In this document: positions 9,336 through 20,695 of the stretch, in pieces | Position numbering within the stretch: position 1 is the first letter of the stretch | Layout: each line of letters begins with the position of its first letter | Assembly: GCA_964597275.1 (NCBI GenBank) | Contig: CAZQXS010000005.1 | Span: 5,441 to 57,536 of the forward strand | Reading direction: 5' to 3' | Length of the DNA stretch: 52,096 bases | Origin: an uncultured Pseudomonadota bacterium | Lineage (GTDB): Bacteria > SAR324 > NAC60-12 | The notes under the pieces: generated by a model | The model's database searches: none | What the model saw: the letters and a program-made list of their open reading frames with translations, nothing else | Told to the model about the DNA's origin: nothing | Position numbers and translations under genes: made by a program

Positions 9336-10007
9336 TTACGACTTGGCTTCAGCGTCCTTGGCCTCAGACTTGACCTCCTCAGCCGGAATGGCCGCTTCGC
9401 TGGCCGCTTCTGCGGCGGGTGCCGCCTCTTCAGCAGGTGCTACCTCTTCCGCCGGAGCTTCCGGGGCTGCTTCCACCGGAGTTTCCGCAACCTCTGCCGC
9501 CGGAGTTTCCGCAGCCTCTGCCGCCTGCTCGGCCTCCGGTGGCTCGTCCGCCTTCACCTCGGCGCTGACCTGTTCCAGCGTCTTGCTCGACTTCTTGGCA
9601 GGCTTCTTCTTTTTCTTGGCGTCCTTGAGGGCGGTGAGCGTGTCATGCTCACTGCCGATGAGTTGGACAATCGCCATGTCCGACGCATCCCCGGCCCGCG
9701 TGGTGGCGAGCTTGATGATGCGGCAGTAGCCGCCCGGACGGTCGGCGTAGCGCTCGGCCAAATCGTCAAACAGATTCGCCATCGCCCGCTTCGATTTCAC
9801 AAAGCGCAGGGCCATGCGGCGGGCATGCAAATCCCCGCGCTTGGCAAAGGTGATCATTTTCTCCAACGGGCGGCGCACTTCCTTGGCACGGGCCAAGGTG
9901 GTCGTGACCTGTCCTTCTTCAAGGATGGAGGTCACCATGTTGCGCATCATCGCCTTGCGGTGTGCGGTGGTGACGCCGAGTCGCCGTCCTGCCTTCAGGT
10001 GTCGCAT
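9336..10007 (-). CDS. rplQ: 50S ribosomal protein L17 with a long Ala/Glu/Pro-rich C-terminal extension
   Basis: [29 protein letters not shown]; follows rpoA. Confidence 0.96.
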   Translation of the reverse strand: MRHLKAGRRLGVTTAHRKAMMRNMVTSILEEGQVTTTLARAKEVRRPLEKMITFAKRGDLHARRMALRFVKSKRAMANLFDDLAERYADRPGGYCRIIKLATTRAGDASDMAIVQLIGSEHDTLTALKDAKKKKKPAKKSSKTLEQVSAEVKADEPPEAEQAAEAAETPAAEVAETPVEAAPEAPAEEVAPAEEAAPAAEAASEAAIPAEEVKSEAKDAEAKS

Positions 10008-10016
10008 TGAGTTCGC

Positions 10017-11087
10017 TCAGAGCTTCTTGTTCTTCTCGAAGGGATTGTTTGCCGCGTCAAACCCCTCCAGTTCCATGCCGAGCGAAAGCCCCATCGCAAC
10101 GAGAATCTCTTTGATCTCGTTGAGGGATTTCCGCCCGAAGTTCTTGGTCTTGAGCATTTCCTGCTCGGTCTTTTGGACCAAATCGCCGATGGTCTCGATC
10201 TTTGCGTTCTGGAGGCAGTTGATCGAGCGCACCGACAGTTCCAGTTCGCTCACACTTCGCCAGAGGTTTTCGTTGAGGTCGAGGATTTGTGTCTCTTCCT
10301 CCGTTTCCTCCTCCGGGCTGTTTTCGTCAAAATTGATGAAGACTTCCGTGTGTTCCTTCAGGATCTTGGCGGCATAGGCCAGACTGTCCTGCGGGCGCAC
10401 CGAACCGTTGGTCCACAACTCCATCACCAGCCGGTCGTAGTCCGTGCGCTGCTCGACCATCGCGTTCTCCACCTCATACTTGACGCGGCGGATCGGGGAG
10501 TGGTTGGCATCCAGGTAAATCGTCCCCACCGGAAGGTCTTCCTTCTGGTTCTCCTCGGAGGTGACGTAGCCCTTGTTGAAGCGCGTGTAGATCGTCATGC
10601 TGATCGTCGCGTTCTCCTCCAGCGTGGCGATTTTCGTTTCCGGGTTGAGGATGCGGGCCTTCTCAAAGGTTCCAATGTCCGCCCCGGTCAGCACACACGG
10701 CCCCTCGCCGATGAGTTCCATTTCCACGATCTCGTCAGAGAACTGCTCGATCTGCAACTCCTTGATGCTGAGGAGGATTTCGATGACATCCTCGAACACG
10801 CCCGGAATGTTGCCAAACTCGTGGGAAACCCCCTCGACCTGCACGGCAAACACAGTGGCCCCCCGGATGGAGGAGAGCATGATGCGCCGGAGCGAGTGCC
10901 CGATGGTGGTGCCGAAGCCCGGCTCCAGCGGCTCCAGAAAAAACTTGCCGTAGCTCTCGTTCAGCGTCTCCCGCTCAAACTTCATCCGCTTGGGTTGCGC
11001 AATCTCCGTCCAGTTTTTCGAGATGATGCGGCCGTCTGTGTTGACGGGCTCGGTGGGTTCCAAAATCGCTTCGCTTGCCTCGGACAT
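10017..11087 (-). CDS. rpoA: RNA polymerase alpha subunit
   Basis: [54 protein letters not shown]. Confidence 0.97.
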   Translation of the reverse strand: MSEASEAILEPTEPVNTDGRIISKNWTEIAQPKRMKFERETLNESYGKFFLEPLEPGFGTTIGHSLRRIMLSSIRGATVFAVQVEGVSHEFGNIPGVFEDVIEILLSIKELQIEQFSDEIVEMELIGEGPCVLTGADIGTFEKARILNPETKIATLEENATISMTIYTRFNKGYVTSEENQKEDLPVGTIYLDANHSPIRRVKYEVENAMVEQRTDYDRLVMELWTNGSVRPQDSLAYAAKILKEHTEVFINFDENSPEEETEEETQILDLNENLWRSVSELELSVRSINCLQNAKIETIGDLVQKTEQEMLKTKNFGRKSLNEIKEILVAMGLSLGMELEGFDAANNPFEKNKKL

Positions 11088-11109
11088 GCTGTTCCCTTAA
11101 CTGCGGTTA

Positions 11110-11493
11110 TTAAATGCGGCGCTGCTTCGGAGGGCGGCAGCCGTTGTGGGCGATCGGAGTGACATCGCTGATCGCCGTGATCCTCAGATTCTCGGCACTC
11201 CCGATGGCCCTGAGCGCGGATTCTCGGCCCACTCCGGGGCCTTTCACAAACACCTCGACACTCTTCATCCCCATCTCACTGGCCTTGCGCAACGCCACCT
11301 CGGTGGTCACCTTCGCGGCAAAGGGGGTGCTTTTGCGTGAGCCTTTGAACCCGCTCGCCCCGGTCGTGGACCACGCCACGACATTGCCCTGCACGTCAGT
11401 CACAGTGATGATGGTGTTGTTGAAGGTCGCCTTGATGTAAATGCGTCCTTGCTCAACAACTCGTTTTTCCTTCTTCTTCTTTGCTACGGCCAT
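11110..11493 (-). CDS. rpsK: 30S ribosomal protein S11
   Basis: [36 protein letters not shown]. Confidence 0.97.
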   Translation of the reverse strand: MAVAKKKKEKRVVEQGRIYIKATFNNTIITVTDVQGNVVAWSTTGASGFKGSRKSTPFAAKVTTEVALRKASEMGMKSVEVFVKGPGVGRESALRAIGSAENLRITAISDVTPIAHNGCRPPKQRRI

Positions 11494-11517
11494 GTGGTGT
11501 TCAGTTCGTTCTTCTGA

Positions 11518-11889
11518 TTACTTCTTCTTGGAGGCGACCGCCAGACGACGCGGGCCTTTGCGGGTGCGGGCGTTGGTCTTGGTGCGCTGTCCTCGAACCG
11601 GCAAGCCCCGCCGATGCCGCAGCCCCCGATAATTGCCCAAGTCCATCAGCCGCTTGATGTTGAGGTTGATTTCGCGGCGCAAATCCCCTTCGACCATGTA
11701 GTCGCTCTCGATCACCCCCCGGATTTGGCTGATCTGCTCATCCGAAAGGTTCTTGGCCCGCAAGTCCGGGTCAATCCCAGTCTTCTCGACGATCTTGGTG
11801 GCACTGGTGCGGCCAATTCCGTAGATGTAGGTCAGCGCGATTTCGATGCGCTTGTTGTTCGGGAGGTCAACTCCTGAAATTCGTGCCAT
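11518..11889 (-). CDS. rpsM: 30S ribosomal protein S13
   Basis: [36 protein letters not shown]. Confidence 0.97.
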   Translation of the reverse strand: MARISGVDLPNNKRIEIALTYIYGIGRTSATKIVEKTGIDPDLRAKNLSDEQISQIRGVIESDYMVEGDLRREINLNIKRLMDLGNYRGLRHRRGLPVRGQRTKTNARTRKGPRRLAVASKKK

Positions 11890-11894
11890 GCGTC

Positions 11895-12008
11895 CTATCC
11901 CTGCCGTTGCTTGTGCTTCGGGTTTTCACAGATGACGCGCAGAACCCCGTGACGACGGATGATCCTGCACTTCTCACACATTTTCTTGATCGATGAGCGT
12001 ACTTTCAT
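11895..12008 (-). CDS. rpmJ: 50S ribosomal protein L36 (Zn-binding type)
   Basis: Translated by hand (not in the ORF track): [37 protein letters not shown]. Confidence 0.95.
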   Translation of the reverse strand: MKVRSSIKKMCEKCRIIRRHGVLRVICENPKHKQRQG

Positions 12009-12017
12009 CGGGTCTCC

Positions 12018-13352
12018 TTAAAGCCTCAGTGCACTGGTGCCGCCGTAGTTCCGGCGTTTGGTCTTCTTCATGAAGCCGTCGTAGTTCTGGTTGAGCAGGT
12101 GCGCCTCGATCTGGTTGACCAAGTCCAGGCCCACGCCCACCACGATCAGCAAAGCCGTGCCGCCAAAGCTGAAGGGCACGTTGAATACCACAAAAAGAAT
12201 GCTCGGCAGGATACAAACCGCCGAGAGGTAAACCGCCCCGCCGAAGGTCAGCCGCGTGAGGACGAGGTTGACGTACTCCGCCGTTTTCTTGCCGGGCCGG
12301 ATGCCGGGGATGTACCCACCGTGGCGCTTCATCTCCTCGGCAATCTTCACCGGGTTGAACTGAATCGCGGTGTAGAAGAAGCAGAAGAAGAAGATCATGA
12401 TGATGAACAGCACCGAATAGAGCAACTTGCCCGGAAGCAACTGCCCACTCACCGACTGCACCCACGGAATGGCGATGAAGCCCGTGATCGTCGCGGGAAA
12501 CGCCAGAATGGACGACGCGAAAATCGGCGGGATCACCCCGGAGGAGTTGATCTTGAGCGGTAGGTGCGAGGACTGGCCGCCGTACATGCGATTGCCCTGC
12601 ATCCGCTTGGCGTACTGGACCGGAATCTTGCGGTATGCGGTTTCCATGTAGATGACCGCAAAAATCACAACCACCATCAGCACCGCAACGATTCCCAGCA
12701 CCAGCGGCGCGAGTTGATCGGTCTGCACCAGCTGGATGGAGTTGATGATCGCGCCCGGAATGTCCACGACAATCCCGGCGAAGATCAGCAGCGAGATGCC
12801 GTTGCCGATGCCGCGCTCGTTGATCTGCTCGCCCACCCACATCAGGAAGGCGGTGCCTGCCGTCAGCGTGATCACGGTCAGCGCCCGGAAGCCCCAAGGA
12901 CTCATCGTGGAAATCACCACGGGGGAGCCGTCCGGAGCCGCCATGCTCTCCAAGCCAACGGAGATGGCGAAGCCCTGCACCAGGCTGAGGACGATCGTGC
13001 CGTAGCGCGTGTAAGCGGTGATCTTGCGGCGCCCTGCGTCTCCTTCCTTCGACAGCCGCTCCAAGTACGGAAAGACGACCGTGAGGAGTTGCATGATGAT
13101 GGACGCGCTGATGTAGGGCATCACCCCTAGCGCGAACACGGTCAGACGCGCCAACGCCCCGCCCGTGAACATGTCGAAGAAGCGCAAAATCGAACCCTGC
13201 TGCGCCTCAAAGAAGGCGGTCAGCGCCGAACCGTCAATGCCGGGAGTGGGGATATGTGCGCCGATCCGGAACACGAAGAGCATGAAGAGCGTGAAGATGA
13301 TCCGCTCTCGCAGTTCCTCAATCCGGAAGATGTTTTGGATCGTTGCCCACAT
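12018..13352 (-). CDS. secY: Preprotein translocase subunit SecY
   Basis: ALGVMPYISASIIMQLL, GIGNGISLLIFAGI, IPVQYA, IPGIRPG, GGTALLIVVGV. Confidence 0.98.
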   Translation of the reverse strand: MWATIQNIFRIEELRERIIFTLFMLFVFRIGAHIPTPGIDGSALTAFFEAQQGSILRFFDMFTGGALARLTVFALGVMPYISASIIMQLLTVVFPYLERLSKEGDAGRRKITAYTRYGTIVLSLVQGFAISVGLESMAAPDGSPVVISTMSPWGFRALTVITLTAGTAFLMWVGEQINERGIGNGISLLIFAGIVVDIPGAIINSIQLVQTDQLAPLVLGIVAVLMVVVIFAVIYMETAYRKIPVQYAKRMQGNRMYGGQSSHLPLKINSSGVIPPIFASSILAFPATITGFIAIPWVQSVSGQLLPGKLLYSVLFIIMIFFFCFFYTAIQFNPVKIAEEMKRHGGYIPGIRPGKKTAEYVNLVLTRLTFGGAVYLSAVCILPSILFVVFNVPFSFGGTALLIVVGVGLDLVNQIEAHLLNQNYDGFMKKTKRRNYGGTSALRL

Positions 13353-13360
13353 GCTTTGGC

Positions 13361-13807
13361 TTACTTGGCGGTGACGACTTCACCACCCGCTTGTTGGACC
13401 AAAGTCACGGCCTGCGCACTGGCGACATCAACCGTGATCTTCAGCTTCTTGGTGAGTTCTCCCTTGGCCAGCAACTTGACCTTCCGCTTTTCGTTGCGGA
13501 TGAATCCCAACTCGCAGAGTTCCGTTTTGGTGAGGGTCGCGTCTGCGCCCACCTTGTCGCTTTTCTCCAAGCGGCCCACGTTGACCAGTTGGAACACCTC
13601 GCGGTTGCGGCTGGTGAACCCAAACTTCGGAAGCCGCCGATTGAGCGGGGTTTGCCCGCCCTCGAAGCCGCGTTTGGTCTTGGAGCCTGACCGCGCTCGG
13701 GCACCTTTGTGTCCGCGCCCGCAGGTTTTGCCCTTTCCACTTCCCGGACCCCGTCCGACACGCTTGCGTTTGGAGTTGTTCGACTTGGGCAGTTCGTGCA
13801 AAAACAT
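13361..13807 (-). CDS. rplO: 50S ribosomal protein L15
   Basis: [34 protein letters not shown]. Confidence 0.96.
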   Translation of the reverse strand: MFLHELPKSNNSKRKRVGRGPGSGKGKTCGRGHKGARARSGSKTKRGFEGGQTPLNRRLPKFGFTSRNREVFQLVNVGRLEKSDKVGADATLTKTELCELGFIRNEKRKVKLLAKGELTKKLKITVDVASAQAVTLVQQAGGEVVTAK

Positions 13808-13815
13808 AGTCTTTT

Positions 13816-13995
13816 TTAGATCTCTTCAATTTTCACAAGGTGCATCACCTTGCGGAGCAGCCCCCGGATTTCCGGGGTGTTCGGGAGTTCAACCGCATGG
13901 TTGATCCTCCGCAACCCCAAGCCCTTGAGGCACTCGCGCTGGTTCTGCCGATGCCCAATCTGGCTCCGGATTTGTGTCACTCGAATTCTGTTCAT
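13816..13995 (-). CDS. rpmD: 50S ribosomal protein L30
   Basis: [14 protein letters not shown]...[13 protein letters not shown]...; 59 aa between rpsE and rplO. Confidence 0.93.
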   Translation of the reverse strand: MNRIRVTQIRSQIGHRQNQRECLKGLGLRRINHAVELPNTPEIRGLLRKVMHLVKIEEI

Positions 13996-13999
13996 CGCT

Positions 14000-14524
14000 T
14001 CAGGCCTGCTTGAGGTACTCAACGGTCTTGCCGCGCATGCGGGCGACCTGATCCATGCTGCGCAGCGAGCGGAGTCCCTTGATCGTGGAGCGCACGAGGT
14101 TGTGCGGATTCCGCGAACCGAGGCACTTGACCGAAATGTCCGTGACCCCGACCGCTTCCATGACGGCGCGAACCGAGCCTGCGGCAATGATTCCGTGACC
14201 CTGGCTGGCGGGCTTCATCAGCACCTTGCCTGCGCCAAACTTGCAGGTGACTTCGTGCGGGATGGAAGTGCCTTCCAGAGGAATCGTCACCAGCTCGCGG
14301 CTGGCCTGTGCTATCGCCTTGCGGATCGCCTCGGTCACTTCCCCGGCTTTGCCCAGCCCGAGTCCGAGCCGGCCATTGCCGTCGCCCACCACCACCAGCG
14401 CACTGAAGCTGAAGCGGCGTCCGCCCTTGACCACCTTGGCCACGCGGTTGACCTGAATCACCCGCTCGACCAGTTCGTTCTTCTCGCCCTTCTCTGCGTT
14501 TTTCTCTGCGTTTTTCTCTGCCAC
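14000..14524 (-). CDS. rpsE: 30S ribosomal protein S5
   Basis: [23 protein letters not shown]; GTG start. Confidence 0.97.
   Translation of the reverse strand: MAEKNAEKNAEKGEKNELVERVIQVNRVAKVVKGGRRFSFSALVVVGDGNGRLGLGLGKAGEVTEAIRKAIAQASRELVTIPLEGTSIPHEVTCKFGAGKVLMKPASQGHGIIAAGSVRAVMEAVGVTDISVKCLGSRNPHNLVRSTIKGLRSLRSMDQVARMRGKTVEYLKQA
14490..14521. repeat. 12-bp tandem repeat (about 2.7 copies) encoding AEKN repeats at the S5 N-terminus
   Basis: ttctctgcgttt ttctctgcgttt ttctctgc. Confidence 0.85.
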
Positions 14525-14546
14525 CGTTTTCCTATGTCCGATGCAA

Positions 14547-14912
14547 TCAGAACTTCAATCCGCCTTCGCGGGCGCCTTCCGCCAACGATTTCACGCGACC
14601 GTGGTACAAGTACCCGCCCCGGTCAAAGACCACTTCGCTGATCGCCTGCTCTTGCAGTTTCTGCGCGACGGCCTTGCCCACCTCGTAAGCGGCGTCCTTG
14701 CTTCCGGCGCTCACCTTCAGCAACTCCTTGATTTGCAGGGTGTTCGCCGCCGCCAAGGTGTGGCCTGCGTCGTCATCCACTGCGGAAACATAAATGTGAC
14801 GACTGGACCGGAACACCGTCAGCCGGGGGCGCAGCGTTGTGCCCATAAGCTTCTTGCGGATGCGCCGATGTCGTACCTTCCGCGCCTCTGCGCGGCTCAA
14901 TGCTTTAGCCAT
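14547..14912 (-). CDS. rplR: 50S ribosomal protein L18
   Basis: [34 protein letters not shown]. Confidence 0.97.
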   Translation of the reverse strand: MAKALSRAEARKVRHRRIRKKLMGTTLRPRLTVFRSSRHIYVSAVDDDAGHTLAAANTLQIKELLKVSAGSKDAAYEVGKAVAQKLQEQAISEVVFDRGGYLYHGRVKSLAEGAREGGLKF

Positions 14913-14917
14913 AGTGC

Positions 14918-15457
14918 TTACTTCTTCCCGCTCTTGCCAGCCTTGCGGCGGATGCGTTCGCCCTCAAAGAGAATGCCCTTGCCCTTGTAAGGCTCCGGTG
15001 GGCGGAATTTGCGAATCTCGGCGGAAACCTGTCCGATCAATTGTTTGTCAATGCTCTCCAGCGTGATCTTCGTGTTGGCGGCAACGCTTGCCGTGACCCC
15101 CTCCGGCAAGGAGTAGTTCACCGGATGGGAGAACCCAAGGCTCATCTCCAGCACGTTCTTGTTGACCGCTGCGCGATATCCCACGCCCACCAGATTCAGT
15201 TGCTTCTGGTAGCCGTTGGTGACACCTTCCAGCATGTTCCGGATGAGTGCATGGGTGGTTCCCAGCATCGGCACCTTGCGCTGGGCGGTGCCTGCGGCCT
15301 TGACCTGGATCGCCGCGCCGTCCACTTCAAGATCCACGTGTTCGTGGACGCTCATCTGCAATTCCCCTTTTGGGCCTTTCACCGAGAGCTGGCGGTCCTG
15401 ATAGTTGACCGTGATTCCGCTGGCGATGGCGATGGGGCGCTTAGCAATTCGTGACAT
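14918..15457 (-). CDS. rplF: 50S ribosomal protein L6
   Basis: [35 protein letters not shown]. Confidence 0.97.
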   Translation of the reverse strand: MSRIAKRPIAIASGITVNYQDRQLSVKGPKGELQMSVHEHVDLEVDGAAIQVKAAGTAQRKVPMLGTTHALIRNMLEGVTNGYQKQLNLVGVGYRAAVNKNVLEMSLGFSHPVNYSLPEGVTASVAANTKITLESIDKQLIGQVSAEIRKFRPPEPYKGKGILFEGERIRRKAGKSGKK

Positions 15458-15469
15458 CAGTTCCCTCTC

Positions 15470-15862
15470 TTACCAAACCCTGCACAGCAACTCGCCACCA
15501 ACCCCTTCGGAGCGGCACTGCCGATCGGCCATCACCCCCTTGGAGGTGGACACGATGGCGATGCCCTGCCCGTTGACAACGGGGCGGAGGTCTCCGGCCT
15601 TGGTGTACTGCCGCAGTCCCGGCTTGCTGATCCGCACGATCTCGCGGATCACCGGCTCGCCCTGCCAGTAGCGCAGTTGAATCTTGAGGGTGCGGAACAC
15701 TCCGTCTTCCTCCACCTGGACTCCATCCACGAAGCCCTCGTCCTGAAGCACCTGCGCGATGCTCGCCTTCATCTTGCTCGAAGGCATGGCCACCTCGGAC
15801 TTCCTCCGCAGGTTGGCATTGCGGATGCGCGTGAGCATATCCGCGATTGGGTCGGTCATCAT
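15470..15862 (-). CDS. rpsH: 30S ribosomal protein S8
   Basis: DPIADMLTRIRNA, SKPGLR, STSKGV, GGELLC. Confidence 0.97.
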   Translation of the reverse strand: MMTDPIADMLTRIRNANLRRKSEVAMPSSKMKASIAQVLQDEGFVDGVQVEEDGVFRTLKIQLRYWQGEPVIREIVRISKPGLRQYTKAGDLRPVVNGQGIAIVSTSKGVMADRQCRSEGVGGELLCRVW

Positions 15863-15890
15863 GAGCTGCTGTCTCGCTAGTCGGGTTGTC

Positions 15891-16076
15891 TTACCAGCTG
15901 GCCTTCGTCACTCCCGGCAACAAGCCGGACGAGGCCTTGAGCCGGAAGCAGATTCGGCACATGCCGAACTTGCGCAGATACGCCCGGGGTCGTCCGCAGT
16001 AGTTGCATCGGTTGTAGCCCCGCACTTTGAACTTGGGCTTACGTTTGCACTTCGCAATTAACGCTGTTTTGGCCAT
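15891..16076 (-). CDS. rpsN: 30S ribosomal protein S14 (short Zn-binding type Z)
   Basis: MAKTALIAK...[10 protein letters not shown]...CRICFR...PGVTKASW; 61 aa from the ATG at 16076. Confidence 0.95.
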   Translation of the reverse strand: MAKTALIAKCKRKPKFKVRGYNRCNYCGRPRAYLRKFGMCRICFRLKASSGLLPGVTKASW

Positions 16077-16080
16077 GCTG

Positions 16081-16626
16081 TCAATTTCGGAAAGGGAATC
16101 CAAGCCCCTGAATTAGTTCACGGGCTTCTTCGTCAGTGTTCGCAGTCGTGGTGATGGCGATGTTCAGCCCCCGCACCTTGTCAATCTGGTCAAAATCAAT
16201 CTCCGGGAAGATCAGTTGCTCCCGGATGCCCAAGGAGTAGTTGCCGCGCCCGTCAAAAGCTCTCGGCGAGACGCCCCGGAAGTCCCGGATACGCGGCATC
16301 GCCACATACAGGAGCTTGTCGAGGAAGTTCCACATGCGCTGCTGGCGCAATGTGACCATACAGCCGATGGGCATGCCCTCGCGCAGCTTGAAGCCGGCAA
16401 TGGACTTCTTGGCGCGGGTCACGACCGGACGCTGTCCGGCAATTGCGGCAAGCTGTTCTGTCGCGGCATCCACCACTTTCGGGTTCTGCACCGCTTCGCC
16501 GAGTCCAATGCTGACCGTCACCTTGACGATCTTCGGAATCTGGTGCAGGTTCTTGTACTCGAACTTCTCCTTGAGCCGCGGAACAACCTTGGAGCCGTAG
16601 GTTTCAAGCAAATGGCTTTGTGTCAT
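16081..16626 (-). CDS. rplE: 50S ribosomal protein L5
   Basis: [40 protein letters not shown]. Confidence 0.97.
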   Translation of the reverse strand: MTQSHLLETYGSKVVPRLKEKFEYKNLHQIPKIVKVTVSIGLGEAVQNPKVVDAATEQLAAIAGQRPVVTRAKKSIAGFKLREGMPIGCMVTLRQQRMWNFLDKLLYVAMPRIRDFRGVSPRAFDGRGNYSLGIREQLIFPEIDFDQIDKVRGLNIAITTTANTDEEARELIQGLGFPFRN

Positions 16627-16627
16627 A

Positions 16628-16999
16628 TTATCCCAAAACCTCTGAAGTCTTCACACACACCCGCTGACGTACACCTTCCTCGGTGCGCTGCAAGCGGACG
16701 CGCACCCCGCGTCCGAGTGTGGGGTTGTAAAGCTGGATGTTGGAGTAGTGGATCGGCGCCTCCAGTCGAGTGATCCCCCCCTGCTGGTTCTGCGGGTTGG
16801 GCTTGACGTGTTTTGTCACCATGTTCAGACCTTCCACCACCACACGCTCCTGCTTCCAGTTGATCGAAAGCACCTTGCCCGTGTTCCCCTTTTCCTTCCC
16901 GGAGATCACGATCACGGTGTCGCCTCGTTTGATGATAGGAATTCGGCGCTTGCGGGGCGTCTTCTTCTTTGGCCCCACGACCTTTTTCTTCGATGCCAT
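16628..16999 (-). CDS. rplX: 50S ribosomal protein L24
   Basis: KOW motif [29 protein letters not shown]; basic N-terminal extension. Confidence 0.96.
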   Translation of the reverse strand: MASKKKVVGPKKKTPRKRRIPIIKRGDTVIVISGKEKGNTGKVLSINWKQERVVVEGLNMVTKHVKPNPQNQQGGITRLEAPIHYSNIQLYNPTLGRGVRVRLQRTEEGVRQRVCVKTSEVLG

Positions 17000-17008
17000 G
17001 ATTTTCTG

Positions 17009-17377
17009 CTACAGCACTTCGGGAGCCAGCGAGAGGATCCGCATGAACTTCCCGGCGCGCAACTCGCGGGCGACCGGGCCGAAAATGCGGGTGCCCACAG
17101 GCTCACGCTTGTTGTCAATGATAACGGCGGCGTTGCGGTCAAACTTGATGTGGGTGCCGTCACTGCGCCGGAACTCCTTGCGGGTGCGGACCACCACGGC
17201 CTTGACAACATCTCCGGACTTCACCTTGCCGTTGGGCAGGGAGGCTTTCACCGAGGCGACAATGATGTCTCCCACGCGGGCATAACGCCTGCGGGAGCCA
17301 CCCAGCACCTTGATGCACATCAGCCGCTTGGCACCGGAGTTGTCCGCCGATTCAAGTACGGTTTGGGTTTGGATCAT
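17009..17377 (-). CDS. rplN: 50S ribosomal protein L14
   Basis: [31 protein letters not shown]. Confidence 0.98.
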   Translation of the reverse strand: MIQTQTVLESADNSGAKRLMCIKVLGGSRRRYARVGDIIVASVKASLPNGKVKSGDVVKAVVVRTRKEFRRSDGTHIKFDRNAAVIIDNKREPVGTRIFGPVARELRAGKFMRILSLAPEVL

Positions 17378-17378
17378 C

Positions 17379-17624
17379 TCACTCTCCTGCGGCGGGGTAC
17401 AGTACGCGATGCCGCTTGCGACGGCTCAGGGGCCGGCACTCCACGATTTCCACCGTGTCGCCAATCTTGAACGTCTCGCGCTCATCGTGCGCCATGAATT
17501 TCTTGGAGCGCTTGATCGTCTTCTTGTAGAGCGGGTGTGTCACGCGGGTTTCCACCTGCACCACCACCGACTTCTGCATCTTGTCGCTGACGACCACCCC
17601 CTTCAGGGATTTTCGGTTATTCAT
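17379..17624 (-). CDS. rpsQ: 30S ribosomal protein S17
   Basis: [34 protein letters not shown]. Confidence 0.96.
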   Translation of the reverse strand: MNNRKSLKGVVVSDKMQKSVVVQVETRVTHPLYKKTIKRSKKFMAHDERETFKIGDTVEIVECRPLSRRKRHRVLYPAAGE

Positions 17625-17635
17625 GTCCGTCTCTC

Positions 17636-17848
17636 TCAGCCAGCGTTCTGTTCAGCAGCTTCGCGCTGTTTTTCCGTAATCAGGGTGTTGATGCGCGCAA
17701 TCTCCTTGCGGGCCTTGCGGATCTGGGTGACATCCCCCAACTGCTTGATCACATTGCTGAAGCGGAGCCGCATGTGCTCCTCCTTGAGTTCGTTGCGCCG
17801 ACTGGCCAACTCCTCGATGGGCAACGCCCGGAGTTCCTTCACTTTCAT
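17636..17848 (-). CDS. rpmC: 50S ribosomal protein L29
   Basis: [23 protein letters not shown]; canonical position. Confidence 0.95.
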   Translation of the reverse strand: MKVKELRALPIEELASRRNELKEEHMRLRFSNVIKQLGDVTQIRKARKEIARINTLITEKQREAAEQNAG

Positions 17849-18261
17849 ACCACCGCCGCTCGCTTAATGATCCGTGCCTTGACGGGCAGCTTGTAGGCTG
17901 CCAGCCGCAGGGCTTCCGTTGCAATCTCCTCGGAGACCCCGTCAATTTCATAGAGAACCCGTCCGGGGCGCACCACGGCCACCCACGAATCCACCGCGCC
18001 CTTGCCTTTTCCCATCCGCACCTCGGCGGGCTTGCTCGTGATCGGCTTGTCCGGGAAAATGCGGATCCACGTCTTTCCGCCACGCTTGAGTGTGCGGGTG
18101 ATCACCCGCCGCGCCGCCTCAATCTGGCGGTTGCTCACGTAGCCGCGATCCGTGGCTTGCAGGGCCACCGACCCGAAGCTCACCGTGTTTCCGGTCATCG
18201 CGCTCCGCTTCATGCGGTCGCGCATCTTCTTGCGGTACTTGGTCCGCTTGGGCATCAACAT
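17845..18261 (-). CDS. rplP: 50S ribosomal protein L16
   Basis: [32 protein letters not shown]. Confidence 0.97.
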   Translation of the reverse strand: MLMPKRTKYRKKMRDRMKRSAMTGNTVSFGSVALQATDRGYVSNRQIEAARRVITRTLKRGGKTWIRIFPDKPITSKPAEVRMGKGKGAVDSWVAVVRPGRVLYEIDGVSEEIATEALRLAAYKLPVKARIIKRAAVV

Positions 18262-18266
18262 GCTGA

Positions 18267-18926
18267 CTAATCCTTTCTGCGAGAGCGACGGGAGCGGGAA
18301 CGCTCAAAGTTCTCCCCCCGGTACACCCAAACCTTGACGCCGATCACCCCGTAAGTGGTGTGGGCTTCGGCAACCCCGTAATCAATGTCCGCCTTGAACG
18401 TGTGGAGCCGGACCTGACCCTCGCGAACCCATTCGGAACGGCTGATCTCCGCACCGTTGAGGCGTCCGCCGACCATGATCTTGCAACCGGCGATATTCAT
18501 GCGCATAGCCGAGGCCATCGCCCGCTTGATCGCACGGCGGTAAGCGATGCGGCGCTCCAACTGATTGGCGATGTTCTCCGCGATCAGCGTTGCGTCAATC
18601 TCCGGACGCTTGATCTCACGGATGTTCACGATCACCTCATCGCGCATCTTGCCGCTCAACTCGTTGCGCAGCCGCTCAACCTCATCGCCCTTGCGCCCGA
18701 TGATGATCCCCGGACGGGCGGTGTAGATGTTGACCTTCATCTTCTTGGGGGTGCGCTCCACTTCGATCCGCGAGATGGCGGCGTGGCGCAGGCGTCCCTT
18801 GATGAAGCCCTGGATGTCCAGATCCTGCTTGAGTTGTTCTGCGTAGTCCTTCTCCGCGAACCACTTCGAGTTCCACGTCTTGGAGATGCCTAGTCGCAGC
18901 CCAATCGGATTGACTTTCTGACCCAC
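18267..18926 (-). CDS. rpsC: 30S ribosomal protein S3
   Basis: [42 protein letters not shown]. Confidence 0.97.
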   Translation of the reverse strand: MGQKVNPIGLRLGISKTWNSKWFAEKDYAEQLKQDLDIQGFIKGRLRHAAISRIEVERTPKKMKVNIYTARPGIIIGRKGDEVERLRNELSGKMRDEVIVNIREIKRPEIDATLIAENIANQLERRIAYRRAIKRAMASAMRMNIAGCKIMVGGRLNGAEISRSEWVREGQVRLHTFKADIDYGVAEAHTTYGVIGVKVWVYRGENFERSRSRRSRRKD

Positions 18927-18950
18927 TCGTTTCCTATCGTTTCATGCGGT

Positions 18951-19283
18951 TCAATCGCCAACCTCCACCGTGATGTGGCTGGTCCGTTTCCTGATCGCTC
19001 CGGCCCGGCCCATCGCGCGGGGGCGGAAGCGTTTCATCGTGGCACCTTCGTTGACGAAGGCCGCCGTGACTCGGTAGTTGTCCACGTCTGCGGACTCGTC
19101 CTTGTACGCGGCGTTGGCGACGGCGGACTTGAGCACCTTCAGCACCAACTTGGCGGACTTGTTCGGACTGTGAGTGAGATACGCAATGGCTCGGGGTACG
19201 CGCTCACCCCGGATCAAATCCACGGCCAGCCGCGCCTTCCGCGCACTGATCCTCACTCGTTTTGCTGTGGCCTGTGCCGTCAT
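18951..19283 (-). CDS. rplV: 50S ribosomal protein L22
   Basis: [31 protein letters not shown]. Confidence 0.97.
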   Translation of the reverse strand: MTAQATAKRVRISARKARLAVDLIRGERVPRAIAYLTHSPNKSAKLVLKVLKSAVANAAYKDESADVDNYRVTAAFVNEGATMKRFRPRAMGRAGAIRKRTSHITVEVGD

Positions 19284-19285
19284 GA

Positions 19286-19564
19286 TTACCTTGATCGCTT
19301 ATCCGACTTGCCCTCGTGCCCACGGTAGGTGCGGGTGGGCGAGAATTCGCCCAGCTTGTAGCCGACCATCTCTTCCGTGATGTAGAGGGGGATGAACTGT
19401 TTGCCGTTGTGGACGGCGATGTTGAGTCCCACAAACTCCGGGAGGATCACCGAGCGGCGCGACCAGGTTTTGATGAGCTTGCGGTCGCTCGCAGCCTTGG
19501 CGGCCTCGACTTTCTTGACGAGGTGGTCGTCAACGAACGGCCCTTTCTTAACGGATCTCGGCAC
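19286..19564 (-). CDS. rpsS: 30S ribosomal protein S19
   Basis: [30 protein letters not shown]. Confidence 0.97.
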   Translation of the reverse strand: MPRSVKKGPFVDDHLVKKVEAAKAASDRKLIKTWSRRSVILPEFVGLNIAVHNGKQFIPLYITEEMVGYKLGEFSPTRTYRGHEGKSDKRSR

Positions 19565-20385
19565 TACTTCCTCCTCCGGACGATGTACTTGTCAGTGTCG
19601 CGGCGTTTGCGTGTCTTGTAACCTTTGGTGGGCTTGCCCCACGGAGTGACCGGGTGCCGGCCTCCAGAGGTCTTGCCCTCGCCGCCGCCATGTGGGTGGT
19701 CCACCGGGTTCATGGCCACGCCCCGCACCGTGGGTCGGCGTCCAAGCCAGCGGTTGCGGCCTGCCTTGCCCAAGTTGATGTTCATGTTTTCCGGATTGCT
19801 CACGGCTCCAACGGTGGCCATGCACTCAATGCGGATCTTACGGATTTCTCCGGAGCGCAAGCGAATCTGCGCGTATTTCTCATCCTTTGCGACCAACTGG
19901 GCCACGCCCCCGGCACTGCGGATGAGCTGTCCGCCCTTGCCGGGCTTCATCTCGATGTTGTGCAGATTCGTTCCCAAAGGGATCGCACGAAGCGGCAACG
20001 CATTTCCAGGCTTGATGTCCACCTGCTCCCCGGCAACCACGGTGTCGCCCACGTTCAAACCTTGCGGTGCGATGATGTAACGCTTCTCGCCGTCGGCGTA
20101 GTGCAGCAAGCTGATGCGGGCCGTGCGGTTTGGGTCGTACTCGATGGTGGCCACCTTGGCAGGCACGTCAAACTTGTTGCGCTTGAAGTCAATCAAGCGG
20201 TAGCGCCGCTTGTGGCCTCCGCCACGGTGGCGCACGGTGATCCGCCCCAGATTGTTCCGGCCCCCGGTTTTCTTGAGTGGCCGCAACAGGCTCTTCTCCG
20301 GCTTGTCGGTGGTGATCTCCGAAAAGTCGAAGCCGCTCATGTTGCGGCGTCCCGGTGAGGTGGGCTTGTAAAGCTTAATTCCCAT
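19564..20385 (-). CDS. rplB: 50S ribosomal protein L2
   Basis: [40 protein letters not shown]. Confidence 0.98.
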   Translation of the reverse strand: MGIKLYKPTSPGRRNMSGFDFSEITTDKPEKSLLRPLKKTGGRNNLGRITVRHRGGGHKRRYRLIDFKRNKFDVPAKVATIEYDPNRTARISLLHYADGEKRYIIAPQGLNVGDTVVAGEQVDIKPGNALPLRAIPLGTNLHNIEMKPGKGGQLIRSAGGVAQLVAKDEKYAQIRLRSGEIRKIRIECMATVGAVSNPENMNINLGKAGRNRWLGRRPTVRGVAMNPVDHPHGGGEGKTSGGRHPVTPWGKPTKGYKTRKRRDTDKYIVRRRK

Positions 20386-20407
20386 AGTTGAATCGCAAAA
20401 CTTCGGC

Positions 20408-20695
20408 TTAGGCGCCTTCGTAGTACTCGATCGTCTGCCCTTCCTTGAGGGTCACGATCGCCTTTTTCCAGTCCGGACGCCGGCCAGCGAACCGTCCCAT
20501 GCGCTTCTTCTTGCCGCGCACGTTCATGGTCCGGACCTTCAGCACGTCCACCTTGAACGCGGTCTGCACGGCCTGCCGGATTTGGTACTTGTTGGAATCG
20601 GGATGCACCTTGAAAACAAAGTGGTTCCCCTCCTCCTTAATCATCAGGGACTTCTCCGTCAGGTGCGGCCCCTTCAGCACGTCGAATGTGTTCAT
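20408..20695 (-). CDS. rplW: 50S ribosomal protein L23
   Basis: TEKS, FVFKV, NKYQI, KKAIVTL; ATG overlaps the rplD stop. Confidence 0.95.
   Translation of the reverse strand: MNTFDVLKGPHLTEKSLMIKEEGNHFVFKVHPDSNKYQIRQAVQTAFKVDVLKVRTMNVRGKKKRMGRFAGRRPDWKKAIVTLKEGQTIEYYEGA

Noticed and set aside
10860-11087. RpoA N-terminal extension and [16 protein letters not shown] variant
   Set aside because: Within the range of variation seen among alpha subunits; there is no evidence of a functional change.
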